Assembly: GCA_963668175.1 (NCBI GenBank)
Contig: OY764159.1
Span: 3,808,001-3,872,000 of the forward strand
Source of the DNA: Syntrophales bacterium
GTDB lineage: Bacteria; Desulfobacterota; Syntrophia; Syntrophales; PHBD01
Reading direction: 5' to 3'
DNA: 64,000 nucleotides
The notes under the pieces were generated by a model. That model was not told the DNA's origin and did no database searches. It saw only the letters and a list, made by a program, of their open reading frames with translations. Positions 1 through 9,695 of this stretch are shown piece after piece. Positions within the stretch are counted from its first letter, which is position 1, and each line of letters begins with the position of its first letter. The translations under genes were made by a program, and so were the position numbers.

Positions 1-68
1 AGGGTTAGCCCCTCCTCCTCGATCCGGCGAAGGTCTTTTGTCGAGTAGGACAGGGCCGGTTTAATCAT
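1..68 (-). CDS. N-terminus of a gene running off the left edge, possibly DUF4301 family
   Basis: ATG at 68 gives MIKPALSYSTKDLRRIEEEGLT..., which resembles the 'KDLxQIEExGxT' start of DUF4301 proteins. Only 22 codons are visible. Confidence 0.45.
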   Translation of the reverse strand, partial: MIKPALSYSTKDLRRIEEEGLT

Positions 69-183
69 TGGTTTTCTTCTTGAAGGTTTTCACTTTGTCG
101 TATCGCTCCGGCTTGACCTTTTTTTTCTCCCGCAACAGCCGGGAAACGTCCTTCTGCCTTCTGGTAATGCGTTCCTTTGACAT
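61..183 (-). CDS. Small basic protein, 40 aa (MSKERITRRQKDVSRLLREKKKVKPERYDKVKTFKKKTND)
   Basis: AGGGG RBS-like motif upstream of the ATG. Its stop overlaps the next ATG (ATGATTAA). Below the ORF-track cutoff. Confidence 0.5.
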   Translation of the reverse strand: MSKERITRRQKDVSRLLREKKKVKPERYDKVKTFKKKTND

Positions 184-479
184 AATTTCGCCCCTGATAT
201 ATCTCTTTCAACGATATGGGGTTGCTTGCGTGCTTAACGGCCGGGGTCACGGCCTTGATATGAAATGTTAACATACCCGTTTCAAATAATGAACAGCCGC
301 TCTAACTCTTACAAAGGATCTTTTTTGTCAAGCGGAAAAGGATGATAATATCTTCAAGGCATAAAAAAGCGGCGAATCAAACCTGCGGGACACCATGAAT
401 AAGGATTGATATTTCCCGGATAACAGGCTATGGTGTCGCCCCGGTTGACACGCAAGTTTTCGATAATTAAAGGTTTTAT

Positions 480-1823
480 ATGATGTCCGAGATGAATGAA
501 CGCCCCTTCAAACCCCTGGTAGCCATTGTAGGGAGGCCGAATGTCGGAAAGTCTACCCTCTTTAACCGTCTTTCCGACCGGAAAAAAGCCATCGTCATTG
601 ACGAACCGGGAGCAACGAGAGACCGGAATTATACCGATGCGTCCTGGGGCGGCAAGGGATTCATGCTTGTCGATACGGGTGGCTTCGAACCGGCCAGCAA
701 CGAAAAGATCCTCGTTCAGATGCGCGAGCAGACAAATCTGGCCATCGAAGAGGCGGACATCATCATTTTTCTTCTGGACGGCAAGGAAGGGTTGACCCCT
801 TCGGATCTCGAAATCGCCCGCATGCTGCGCCAGATCAATAAGCCCGTATTTTACACCGTTAACAAGATCGACGGGCCGAAGCACGAGGCCCTGGCCCTGG
901 AGTTCTACCGTTTAGGCATCGAAACGTACTATCCCATCTCCGCCCAGCACGGCGGTGGCGTGGCGGAACTTCTGGACGACGTCGTGGCCTATGTCGAAAC
1001 AACCGAGGGAATGGAAGAAGATGAAGAAGACGAGACCGTCCGGATCGCCGTCATCGGCAAGCCGAACGTCGGCAAATCGTCTCTCGTGAATAAAATTCTG
1101 GGCTTCGAGAGGACGATTGTCAACCCCCTCCCCGGAACCACGCGCGACGCCATCGACACGCCCTTCACCGTCAACGGCCGCAAGTATCTCCTGATAGACA
1201 CGGCGGGCATCCGCAAAAAGAGCAAAGTGAGCCTCGCTCTGGAGAAATACAGCATCATTCAGGCCCTTAAAACCCTGAACCGCTGCGAAATCGCCTTGCT
1301 TATGATCGATGCCGGGGAAGGCATCACCGAGCAGGATGCGAAGATCGCGGGGCTGGCTTTCGAAAGGGGCGTCGCCTGCATCGTCGTCATCAACAAGTGG
1401 GACCTCGTGGAAAAGGACAACAGCACGGTCGGTATTTATGTAGAGGAGATCAAGGATCGCCTGAAATTTCTCGATTATGCCCCGATCATTTTCGTTTCCG
1501 CCCTTTCAGGGCAGCGGGTCATGAAGATATTCGACCTGGTGGACGCAGTCCACGGCCAGTATATCAAAAGGATAGGTACCGGCGAATTGAACCGCGCCGC
1601 CAGGGAATACATCGACCGGAACCCCCCGCCCCGCCTGCAGAACAGGCCGAATACCTTCGGCTATATCACCCAGGTATCGGTCAAACCGCCCACTTTTGTC
1701 CTCTTTGTACGAGACCCCCGGGCGATCCATTTCTCCTACGAACGATACCTTACCAATCGCCTGCGGGAGCATTTCGGCTTCGATCACTGCCCCATTCGCC
1801 TTTTCTTCAAGAAGAACAAGTAA
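480..1823 (+). CDS. der: Ribosome biogenesis GTPase Der (EngA)
   Basis: Two tandem G domains (GRPNVGKS/DTGG/NKID and GKPNVGKS/DTAG/NKWD) plus a KH-like C-terminus (YERYLTNRLRE..CPIRL). Confidence 0.97.
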   Translation: MMSEMNERPFKPLVAIVGRPNVGKSTLFNRLSDRKKAIVIDEPGATRDRNYTDASWGGKGFMLVDTGGFEPASNEKILVQMREQTNLAIEEADIIIFLLDGKEGLTPSDLEIARMLRQINKPVFYTVNKIDGPKHEALALEFYRLGIETYYPISAQHGGGVAELLDDVVAYVETTEGMEEDEEDETVRIAVIGKPNVGKSSLVNKILGFERTIVNPLPGTTRDAIDTPFTVNGRKYLLIDTAGIRKKSKVSLALEKYSIIQALKTLNRCEIALLMIDAGEGITEQDAKIAGLAFERGVACIVVINKWDLVEKDNSTVGIYVEEIKDRLKFLDYAPIIFVSALSGQRVMKIFDLVDAVHGQYIKRIGTGELNRAAREYIDRNPPPRLQNRPNTFGYITQVSVKPPTFVLFVRDPRAIHFSYERYLTNRLREHFGFDHCPIRLFFKKNK

Positions 1824-1922
1824 TTTTTCACCTTGACCCACCGACCCTTTTGCAGTAGTTATGCGCTGACTTTGACCGGATATTTTCCGATCCGCATCAT
1901 TATTTAGCAAGGAGGACAAAAT

Positions 1923-3041
1923 ATGCGACGTGGATTTTTCTCTTTCCTGGCTACGGTGGTGTTTTTCATGTTCGCGGCGAACATGTCTCTGGCCGCCGAT
2001 ACGATCAAGATCGGGGTTGCAGGCGCCCACAGCGGTGATCTGGCTTCCTACGGCCTGCCGACCGTGAAGGCGGCGGAACTCGTTGTCAAGGACGTCAACG
2101 CCAAAGGAGGCATCCTGGGCAAAAAAGTCGAACTTCTCATCGAGGACGACGTCTGCAAGCCCGAAGTGGCGACCAATACGGCCACCAAACTCATATCGCG
2201 GGGCGCCCATGTCATCCTGGGCCATATTTGCAGCGGCGCCACCAAAACGGCGCTGGGCATTTACAAGGATTCCAAGATTATCGTCCTGTCACCCTCCGCA
2301 ACCAGCCCCGAACTGACCCAAAGTGGCAAATACCCGACTTTCTTCCGCACGATCGCCCCGGACGACTCCCAGGCCAAACTGGAAGTCGACTTCGCTCTCA
2401 ATACCCTCAAATTAAAGAATATCGCCGTCCTCCACGACAAAGGGGATTACGGCAAGGGGCTCGCCGAATACGCCAAAAAGTTCCTGGAGGATTCCAAAAA
2501 AGCCAAGGTTGTTCTCTTTGAAGGCGTCACCCCCGGTGCCGTGGACTATTCCGCAGTTGTCCAGAAGATCAGGCAGTCCAAAGCGGACGGCGTCATTTAC
2601 GGCGGGTACCACCCGGAGGCAGCCTCGATTGTCGGCCAGATGAGAAAAAAGAATATTAATATCCCATTCATCTCCGACGACGGCGTTAAGGACGACACCT
2701 TCATTAAAGTGGCGGGCAAGTATGCCGAGGGGGTTTACGCCTCCGGCCCGAAGGACACAACCAAGAATCCCCTGGCCGTTGCAGCCGTCGCCGCCCATAA
2801 GAAGACCTACGGTTCCGACCCCGGCGCCTTTTTCCTGAACGGCTACGCCGGCACCCTGGCCCTGATCAACGCCATCGAAAAGGCCAAATCGACCGAATCC
2901 AGCGCCGTCGCCAAGGCTTTGAGGACCTACGATGTGAATACGCCTCTGGGTAAGATCAAGTTCGACAGAAGAGGCGACGCCATCGGCGTCGGTTTTTCCA
3001 TGTACCAGGTGAGGAACGGCACTTACGTCGAAGTGAAATAG
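1923..3041 (+). CDS. livK: Branched-chain amino acid ABC transporter substrate-binding protein
   Basis: Signal peptide, IKIGVAG, DDVCKPE, GHICSG, SPSATSPELT; GGAGG RBS; first gene of the liv operon. Confidence 0.93.
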   Translation: MRRGFFSFLATVVFFMFAANMSLAADTIKIGVAGAHSGDLASYGLPTVKAAELVVKDVNAKGGILGKKVELLIEDDVCKPEVATNTATKLISRGAHVILGHICSGATKTALGIYKDSKIIVLSPSATSPELTQSGKYPTFFRTIAPDDSQAKLEVDFALNTLKLKNIAVLHDKGDYGKGLAEYAKKFLEDSKKAKVVLFEGVTPGAVDYSAVVQKIRQSKADGVIYGGYHPEAASIVGQMRKKNINIPFISDDGVKDDTFIKVAGKYAEGVYASGPKDTTKNPLAVAAVAAHKKTYGSDPGAFFLNGYAGTLALINAIEKAKSTESSAVAKALRTYDVNTPLGKIKFDRRGDAIGVGFSMYQVRNGTYVEVK

Positions 3042-3054
3042 ATTTTCCGACAGG

Positions 3055-3083
3055 AAAAGGGCATGCTCGCCATGCCCTTTTTT
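3055..3083 (+). terminator. Stem-loop with U-tract after livK (terminator or mRNA-stabilising hairpin)
   Basis: AAAAGGGCATG-ctcgc-CATGCCCTTTTTT. Confidence 0.7.
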
Positions 3084-3098
3084 ATGTAACAGACATCC

Positions 3099-4001
3099 AT
3101 GGATTATTTCTTTGAACTATTTTTCGGCGGCCTCACGCGGGGAAGCATCTATGCCCTGATCGCCCTCGGTTACACGATGGTGTACGGCATCATCGAGTTG
3201 ATCAACTTCGCGCACGGCGAAATCTACATGATCGGTGCGTTCACTGCCCTCATCGTCGCGTCGGTCTTGACGATGTCGGGCTGGACGGGACTCCCCGTTC
3301 TCATTCTGGCAGCCGTCGTCGCCGTTTTCTATTCCGCCGCTTACGGATTCACCGTGGAGAAGATCGCCTATAAACCGATCCGGCGGGCACCCCGCCTTTC
3401 TCCGCTCATCAGCGCGATCGGGATGTCCATTTTCCTCCAGAATTACGTCATGCTGGCGCAGACGTCCGATTTTCTCCCCTTCCCCAATCTTCTTCCCGAA
3501 CTGCCTTTCATGCAGCCCTACGCCCATATTGTCGGCTCGACGGAGGTTATCATCTACGCCACGACCACGGTGATCATGATTCTCCTCACGCTGCTCATCA
3601 AATTCACCCGCATGGGCCGGGCCATGAGGGCCACGGCCCAGGACAGGGACATGGCCATGCTGGTCGGCGTGAACGTCAACCGGGTCATATCGAACACGTT
3701 TATCATCGGCTCGGCGCTGGCGGCCGTCGGCGGCGTCCTCATCGCTTCCCATGTCGGCAGGATCAACTTCTTCATCGGCTTCATCGCGGGCATCAAGGCC
3801 TTCACCGCCGCCGTCCTGGGCGGTATCGGCAGCATCCCGGGAGCCGTTCTGGGGGCATTGATCCTGGGATGGACGGAGAGTTTCGCCACGGGCTATATCG
3901 CGAGCGACTATGAAGACGTCTTTGCCTTCGCCCTCTTGGTGTTGATCCTTATTTTCCGGCCCTCGGGAATCCTGGGCAAGGGAACGACGCAGAAGGTGTG
4001 A
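3099..4001 (+). CDS. livH: BCAA ABC transporter permease
   Basis: YALIALGYTMVYGIIELINFAHGE and KAFTAAVLGGIGSIPGA motifs. Confidence 0.95.
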   Translation: MDYFFELFFGGLTRGSIYALIALGYTMVYGIIELINFAHGEIYMIGAFTALIVASVLTMSGWTGLPVLILAAVVAVFYSAAYGFTVEKIAYKPIRRAPRLSPLISAIGMSIFLQNYVMLAQTSDFLPFPNLLPELPFMQPYAHIVGSTEVIIYATTTVIMILLTLLIKFTRMGRAMRATAQDRDMAMLVGVNVNRVISNTFIIGSALAAVGGVLIASHVGRINFFIGFIAGIKAFTAAVLGGIGSIPGAVLGALILGWTESFATGYIASDYEDVFAFALLVLILIFRPSGILGKGTTQKV

Positions 4002-5227
4002 CGGTGACTCCCATGAAGATACTGGATGAATTGAAACAATCGCTTGTCATATCGGTCTGGTTCATGTTTCTTACCATGCCCATCATGGTCGTCCGGGTGA
4101 ACACGATTGAAAAGATCGTCGAATGGCGCTGGCAAAACATGATATACATCGGCATCGGCAGCTTTTTGCTATCCTTTGTCTGGCGGTATATGCTCGCAAG
4201 GAAGGAACACACCCGGAAGCGGAAAGAAGTCGATGATGCGCCCGAACAACCCTTACTTCAGAAAATCACCGACAACAGGAGGATACGGCTTCCGGCCCTA
4301 GTCGTTGTCGCCGTCTTCTGCCTTCTCTTTCCCTTCTTTTTCTCGACGTATCAGACCGGTATTATGACCACGGCGCTCATGTATGTCATGCTCGGTCTCG
4401 GCCTCAATATCGTGGTCGGTCAGGCAGGCTTGCTTCACCTGGGTTACGTCGCCTTTTACGCCGTTGGGGCCTATACGTATGCCCTTTTGAACTACCATTT
4501 CGGCATCGGTTTCTGGACGGCGCTCCCCCTGGGAGCCATTGCCGCGATGATCTTCGGCTTCCTGCTCGGATTTCCTGTCCTGCGGCTCCGGGGGGACTAT
4601 CTCGCCATCGTGACCCTGGGATTCGGGGAAATCACCCGGCTCGTCCTGGAGAACTGGAACGACTTTTCCTTCGGCCCGAGCGGGATTGCAGGTATCCCCC
4701 GGCCGGGATTTTTCGGACAGGAACTAAGCCTGAACGAGGCAACCGTTTATCTCTATTACCTCATGATCGTCCTTTGTCTCGTCACCATCTTTGTCGTCAA
4801 CCGCCTTCAGAATTCCCGTATCGGCAGGGCCTGGCTAGCGTTGCGGGAGGACGAAATCGCCTGCCAAGCGATGGGCGTCGATACGACCATGGCAAAACTG
4901 ACGGCCTTCGCCCTCGGGTCGACCTGGGCGGGACTTGCCGGCGTCATTTTTGCGGCCAAGACCACCTTCGTCAATCCCGCGAGTTTCACCTTTCTCGAAT
5001 CGGCGATGATCCTTTCCATCATCGTCCTCGGGGGCATGGGTTCCATCCTGGGGGTTGCGATCGGGGCCTTTATTCTTATCCTGGTTCCTGAGTACCTCCG
5101 GGCCTTCAGCGACTACCGAATGATCCTTTTCGGCATGATCATGGTCCTGATGATGGTCTTCCGGCCCCAGGGCATCGTGACGGGAGTGCGGCGGATATAC
5201 CAATTTACGGATCGGAAGAATGGCTGA
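3998..5227 (+). CDS. livM: BCAA ABC transporter permease
   Basis: GLNIVVGQAGLLHLGY and LRLRGDYLAIVTLGFGEI; GTGA overlap with livH. Confidence 0.95.
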   Translation: MTVTPMKILDELKQSLVISVWFMFLTMPIMVVRVNTIEKIVEWRWQNMIYIGIGSFLLSFVWRYMLARKEHTRKRKEVDDAPEQPLLQKITDNRRIRLPALVVVAVFCLLFPFFFSTYQTGIMTTALMYVMLGLGLNIVVGQAGLLHLGYVAFYAVGAYTYALLNYHFGIGFWTALPLGAIAAMIFGFLLGFPVLRLRGDYLAIVTLGFGEITRLVLENWNDFSFGPSGIAGIPRPGFFGQELSLNEATVYLYYLMIVLCLVTIFVVNRLQNSRIGRAWLALREDEIACQAMGVDTTMAKLTAFALGSTWAGLAGVIFAAKTTFVNPASFTFLESAMILSIIVLGGMGSILGVAIGAFILILVPEYLRAFSDYRMILFGMIMVLMMVFRPQGIVTGVRRIYQFTDRKNG

Positions 5228-6035
5228 TACACGTGCAACATCCCCGGCGGATCCCGTTCTGGAAGTTCGTGGCCTGACCATGGACTTCGGGGGATTAAGA
5301 GCCCTGGATCAAATCGACATGCACGTCGGGCAGGGGGAGATCGTGGCCCTCATCGGACCGAACGGCGCCGGCAAGACGACTTTCTTCAACTGCATCACCG
5401 GAATCTACAGCCCGGCCCGCGGCGATATCTACATTGCCTCGCCTGGCAAAAAGAGTGAAAGGATCAACGGCCTCAAAGTCAACCGGGTCACGGCTCGGGG
5501 AATGGCCCGCACCTTCCAGAATATCCGTATTTTCCCCGACATGACCGTTCTCGAAAACGTGATGGTCGGGCGTCACTGCCGATCACATGCCGGCGTCGTC
5601 GGCGCTATCTTCCGGGACAAGTCGACCCGGAATGAGGAACAGTCCATCGTCGACGTAAGTTATGCCATCCTGGAAAAGATCGGCCTGGCCGGACAGGTGA
5701 ACCTTCTTGCCAAGAACCTCCCTTACGGCGACCAGAGGCGCCTGGAGATTGCCCGCGCCATGGCGACCGATCCCTTTCTCCTGCTTCTCGATGAACCGGC
5801 GGCGGGCATGAATCCCCAGGAGACCAAGGACCTGGACGAATTGATCGTCCGCATCCGCAGAGAGGAGAAGATATCCATCCTGCTCATCGAACACGACATG
5901 AAGCTCGTCATGAGCCTTTCGGACCGCATCGTCGTCCTCGATTACGGCAAGAAAATAGCCGAAGGGACCCCTGCCGAGATCCGGGAGAATCATACCGTCA
6001 TCAAAGCCTATCTGGGAGAGGATTCCGATGCTTGA
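5220..6035 (+). CDS. livG: BCAA ABC transporter ATP-binding protein
   Basis: GPNGAGKT, RTFQNIR, LPYGDQRRLEIARA, LLLDEPAAG, VIKAYLG. Confidence 0.95.
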   Translation: MADTRATSPADPVLEVRGLTMDFGGLRALDQIDMHVGQGEIVALIGPNGAGKTTFFNCITGIYSPARGDIYIASPGKKSERINGLKVNRVTARGMARTFQNIRIFPDMTVLENVMVGRHCRSHAGVVGAIFRDKSTRNEEQSIVDVSYAILEKIGLAGQVNLLAKNLPYGDQRRLEIARAMATDPFLLLLDEPAAGMNPQETKDLDELIVRIRREEKISILLIEHDMKLVMSLSDRIVVLDYGKKIAEGTPAEIRENHTVIKAYLGEDSDA

Positions 6036-6735
6036 GTTGAAGGACATCCAGACGGCATACGGCAATATCCGCGTCCTGAAGGACGTATGTCTCAAGCTTT
6101 CTGCCGGGGAGATTGTCACGCTCATCGGCGCCAACGGAGCAGGAAAAACAACTACCCTGATGTCGATATCGGGTATCGTGGCCCCCCGGTCGGGCGAGAT
6201 CCTTTTCATGGGCAGGCCGATTCAGCATCTGAGTCCCGACCGGATCGTCTCGCTGGGGATATCCCAGGTGCCCGAGGGCCGTCGCATCTTCCCGCGACTG
6301 ACCGTCAGGGAGAACCTGGAGATGGGGGCCTTTCTCAGGGAAGACAAGGCTGCCATCAAGGCCGACCTGGATCACGTCTTCGCTCTCTTCCCGCTCCTGG
6401 CGGAGAGGCGAAACCAGCAGGGCGGCACGTTGAGCGGCGGGGAGCAGCAGATGCTGGCCATATCGAGGGCATTGATGGCGAGACCGAAACTGCTGCTGCT
6501 GGACGAGCCTTCATTGGGGCTCGCCCCTCTCGTCGTCAAGCTCATTTTCGAGATCATCAGGAAGATCAACTCGGAGAGCGGAACCACCATCTTCCTTGTG
6601 GAACAGAACGCCAATATGGCCCTCAAGGTCGCCCATCGGGGTTACGTCATGGAAAACGGCCGCCTGACGATGGAAGGCACGGCATCCGAACTCCTGAACA
6701 ACGAGGATGTCCGCAAGGCCTACCTGGGAATGTAG
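6028..6735 (+). CDS. livF: BCAA ABC transporter ATP-binding protein
   Basis: GANGAGKT, VPEGRRIF, LSGGEQQMLAI, VEQNA, VRKAYLG. Confidence 0.95.
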   Translation: MLELKDIQTAYGNIRVLKDVCLKLSAGEIVTLIGANGAGKTTTLMSISGIVAPRSGEILFMGRPIQHLSPDRIVSLGISQVPEGRRIFPRLTVRENLEMGAFLREDKAAIKADLDHVFALFPLLAERRNQQGGTLSGGEQQMLAISRALMARPKLLLLDEPSLGLAPLVVKLIFEIIRKINSESGTTIFLVEQNANMALKVAHRGYVMENGRLTMEGTASELLNNEDVRKAYLGM

Positions 6736-6745
6736 AACGACCCGT

Positions 6746-8707
6746 ATGATCTTCGTCAACAATATCCATCTCTCCTTCGCCACCAAAGCCATATTCGCCG
6801 GCATCAACTGGACCATCGGCGACAGGAGCCGCATCGGCCTCGTGGGCGACAACGGAACGGGCAAGACCACGTTGCTTCGCGCCATCATGGGACAGATCGA
6901 CCTGGACGAGGGAACCATCGAGATCGCCGGCCGCAAGAACAGGACCGTCGGATATCTGCCCCAGGACCTGATCGAACTGGAGCCGGTACCGCTCATCGAT
7001 TATTTAAAGAACCGCTGCGGGATCTCCGATCTGGAAAATGCCCTCAGACGGTACGAAGAGGCCATAGCGGCCGGCGGCCAGGGAGACCTGAACTACGACC
7101 TCCTTAAGAATTATGAGAATACCATGGCCGAATTCAACGCCCGGGAGGGTTATGCCTTCGAAGCGAGGGCCAAGCAGGTCCTGAACGGTATCGGCTTCAG
7201 GGACGACGAGTTCCACAAGAGGTGCTCCGATTTCTCCGGCGGCTGGAAGATGCGCATCCTCCTCTCCGTCATCCTTCTTTCCCGTCCTGATATCATGCTC
7301 CTCGACGAACCGACCAACCATCTCGACACGGAGAGTATGGAGTGGCTGGAAAGTTATCTGAAGGACTATCCGGGAACCATCATCACTATCGCCCACGACC
7401 GTGTCTTTCTCGACCGGATCGTGAGCCAGATCGCCGAACTCGCCAACGGCAATATCACGATCTATAAGGGAAGCTATTCTTCCTTCCTGAAGGATAAGGA
7501 ACAGCGTCTGGAGGCACTGAAGAGAGAGACTGCCCTGCAGAAGTCGGAAATCAAACGGACCCAGGAATTCATCGAACGCTTCCGCTACAAGGCCACGAAG
7601 GCCAAGCAGGTCCAGAGCCGGATGAAGGTTCTGGAGCGCCTGGAGGTTGTCCGGGAGCAGGAATCGTCCCGGACGGTCCGTATCAAGTTTCCCGAAGGCC
7701 CGCAGAGCGGCCGGGAAGTGGCCGCCATCCACGACGTATCCAAATCCTACGACGGTTTGCCCGTTCTGAAGCATATCCAATTCCATATCCATCGGGGCGA
7801 GAAGATCGCCCTGGTCGGCATGAACGGGTCCGGCAAGTCCACATTGTCCCGGTTGTTGGCTAAGACTGAAGAGCCGACGGTGGGATCGGTCCGTTACGGC
7901 CTGAATGTCGCCATGAGCTTCTTTTCCCAGGAAAGCGCGCAGAACCTGAATTACGAGATGACCGTCTGGGAGGACATCAATACGGTGGCCACCATGAGCA
8001 ACGATCAGGAAAAGCGCAACATTCTCGGCGCGTTCCTTTTTTCCGGGGACGACATCCACAAGCCGGTATCGGTTCTCTCCGGCGGCGAAAAGTCCCGCCT
8101 GGCCCTGCTTAAGATACTCCTTACGGAATCCAACTTCTTGATTCTGGACGAGCCGACCAACCATCTCGACCTGCGCACGAAGGAAATCTTCCAGAACGCT
8201 CTCCTGAATTATCGCGGCACGCTGGTCATTGTCTCCCACGACCGGTTCTTTCTCGACCACCTCGTCCACCGCGTGATCGAAATACGGGAACGCGGGATTC
8301 AAGATTACCCGGGCAATTACTCCTACTTCATCGAGAAGCGGAAGCAGCTGATGGAGGAGCAGAGCACTTCCGAAATCCAAAAGCAAGCGGATGCATCCGG
8401 GAAAATCGTTTCGGCCGTGAAGACCAAAGAGGAAAAGCGCCGGGAGGCCGAAGAGAGAAACCGGCTGTCCCGCACGCGCCGGGCGATGGAAAAGGATCTA
8501 CAGGGCGTGGAAGCGGACATTACGGCCCGGGAAACCCGAAAGGCGGAGATCGAGGCCCTGCTGTGCAATCCGGAAACCTTGAAAGACGGCGGCAGAATCA
8601 AGGCATTGAACATGGAGTTGAAAACCGTCGTCCTTTCCCTTGAAGCCGATTACCTGCGCTGGAACGACCTCGCCGCCCGGATTGAGGACATGAACGGCCA
8701 AGGTTGA
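6746..8707 (+). CDS. ABC-F family ATPase (YheS/Uup-like ribosome-associated factor)
   Basis: Two ABC cassettes (GDNGTGKT..FSGGWKMR..DEPTNHLD; GMNGSGKS..LSGGEKSR..DEPTNHLD), a linker with KATKAKQVQSR, a C-terminal coiled coil and no TM segments. Start moved to ATG 6746. Confidence 0.92.
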   Translation: MIFVNNIHLSFATKAIFAGINWTIGDRSRIGLVGDNGTGKTTLLRAIMGQIDLDEGTIEIAGRKNRTVGYLPQDLIELEPVPLIDYLKNRCGISDLENALRRYEEAIAAGGQGDLNYDLLKNYENTMAEFNAREGYAFEARAKQVLNGIGFRDDEFHKRCSDFSGGWKMRILLSVILLSRPDIMLLDEPTNHLDTESMEWLESYLKDYPGTIITIAHDRVFLDRIVSQIAELANGNITIYKGSYSSFLKDKEQRLEALKRETALQKSEIKRTQEFIERFRYKATKAKQVQSRMKVLERLEVVREQESSRTVRIKFPEGPQSGREVAAIHDVSKSYDGLPVLKHIQFHIHRGEKIALVGMNGSGKSTLSRLLAKTEEPTVGSVRYGLNVAMSFFSQESAQNLNYEMTVWEDINTVATMSNDQEKRNILGAFLFSGDDIHKPVSVLSGGEKSRLALLKILLTESNFLILDEPTNHLDLRTKEIFQNALLNYRGTLVIVSHDRFFLDHLVHRVIEIRERGIQDYPGNYSYFIEKRKQLMEEQSTSEIQKQADASGKIVSAVKTKEEKRREAEERNRLSRTRRAMEKDLQGVEADITARETRKAEIEALLCNPETLKDGGRIKALNMELKTVVLSLEADYLRWNDLAARIEDMNGQG

Positions 8708-8846
8708 TTCTTGCCCTGCAAGATTGACTCGTAGCTCTATCGGTTTATCCTTCCGTTTACAGATCATTCGGTCGAATCCGGACCGAGAATGGTTCAGCTA
8801 GAATGAAACGGCACGATCAATCCAGCTATCGCGGACGACTTCCATA

Positions 8847-8874
8847 TTGACAGAGGCTGGAAATTCGATAAAAT
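8847..8874 (+). promoter_or_regulatory. sigma70-type promoter upstream of the HhH protein gene
   Basis: TTGACA-N16-TAAAAT. Confidence 0.65.
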
Positions 8875-8900
8875 AAGAAATAAAATGAAAGGAGTACAGC

Positions 8901-9221
8901 ATGAAAAAACATCTTTTACTGAGAATCTCGACCGTCTTATTTGCCATTCTGTTTGTAACCGGCCTGTCCTATGCGGCCGACATGAAAGCCAAGGCAGCAG
9001 ACCAGCTGAAAACGGCCGCCAAGGCCGAACTGATCGACATCAACACGGCAACCGATCAGCAGCTCAAGTCATTACCGGGCGTCAGCGATGTCTACTCCAA
9101 GAAGATTATCGACAACCGCCCTTACAAGAAGAAGGATCAGCTTGTATCGAAGAACGTCATCCCCAAGGGAACCTACGACAAGATCAAGGATCTGATTATC
9201 GCCAAACAGCCCAAGAAGTGA
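8901..9221 (+). CDS. Exported helix-hairpin-helix DNA-binding protein (ComEA-like)
   Basis: Signal peptide, then IDINTATDQQLKSLPGV..KKIIDNRPY; AAGGAG RBS. Confidence 0.88.
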   Translation: MKKHLLLRISTVLFAILFVTGLSYAADMKAKAADQLKTAAKAELIDINTATDQQLKSLPGVSDVYSKKIIDNRPYKKKDQLVSKNVIPKGTYDKIKDLIIAKQPKK

Positions 9222-9239
9222 GCACGTTTTCGCTCTTCA

Positions 9240-9275
9240 AAGAACCCCTCGGTGTGCCGAGGGGTTCTTCTCTTT
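9240..9275 (+). terminator. Rho-independent terminator
   Basis: AAGAACCCCTCGG-tgtg-CCGAGGGGTTCTT followed by a CT-rich tail. Confidence 0.75.
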
Positions 9276-9398
9276 CACTTGCCATAGATAACCCCGGAGA
9301 AACCGAAAGGGAGGATAGCGGCAGATTCTTATCGCCGGTTATTCAGGTTCCCCGGACCTTCATTCTTTTCCGGGATTAATGAAGTTTACCGCGCAACG

Positions 9399-9695
9399 AT
9401 GAAGCATTACGAAAGAATAAACGTGGAATGTTACAGCGGCTATAAAGCCAACGAGCGTCCCACGGCTTTTATCCATCGGGATCGACGATGGAAGATAGAA
9501 GCGATCATCGACCGGTGGTATGAAGGAGGGAGGGACCCGCAACAGCCGGCCGTCGACTATTTCAAAGTCAGAACCTGCGAAGGGATGGTCGTGATCCTTC
9601 GCTATCTCGCCCTCTTCGATTCATGGTCCATACTGACGGACGACCAAACGCTTCACAAGAACCCTATTGAAACTCCACAACGACAGGGTAGTTAA
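9399..9695 (+). CDS. Conserved hypothetical cytoplasmic protein (DUF6504-like)
   Basis: VECYSGYKANERP..F..R..W.IEAIIDRWY..YFKV pattern, recognised as a recurring small protein family. Confidence 0.65.
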   Translation: MKHYERINVECYSGYKANERPTAFIHRDRRWKIEAIIDRWYEGGRDPQQPAVDYFKVRTCEGMVVILRYLALFDSWSILTDDQTLHKNPIETPQRQGS

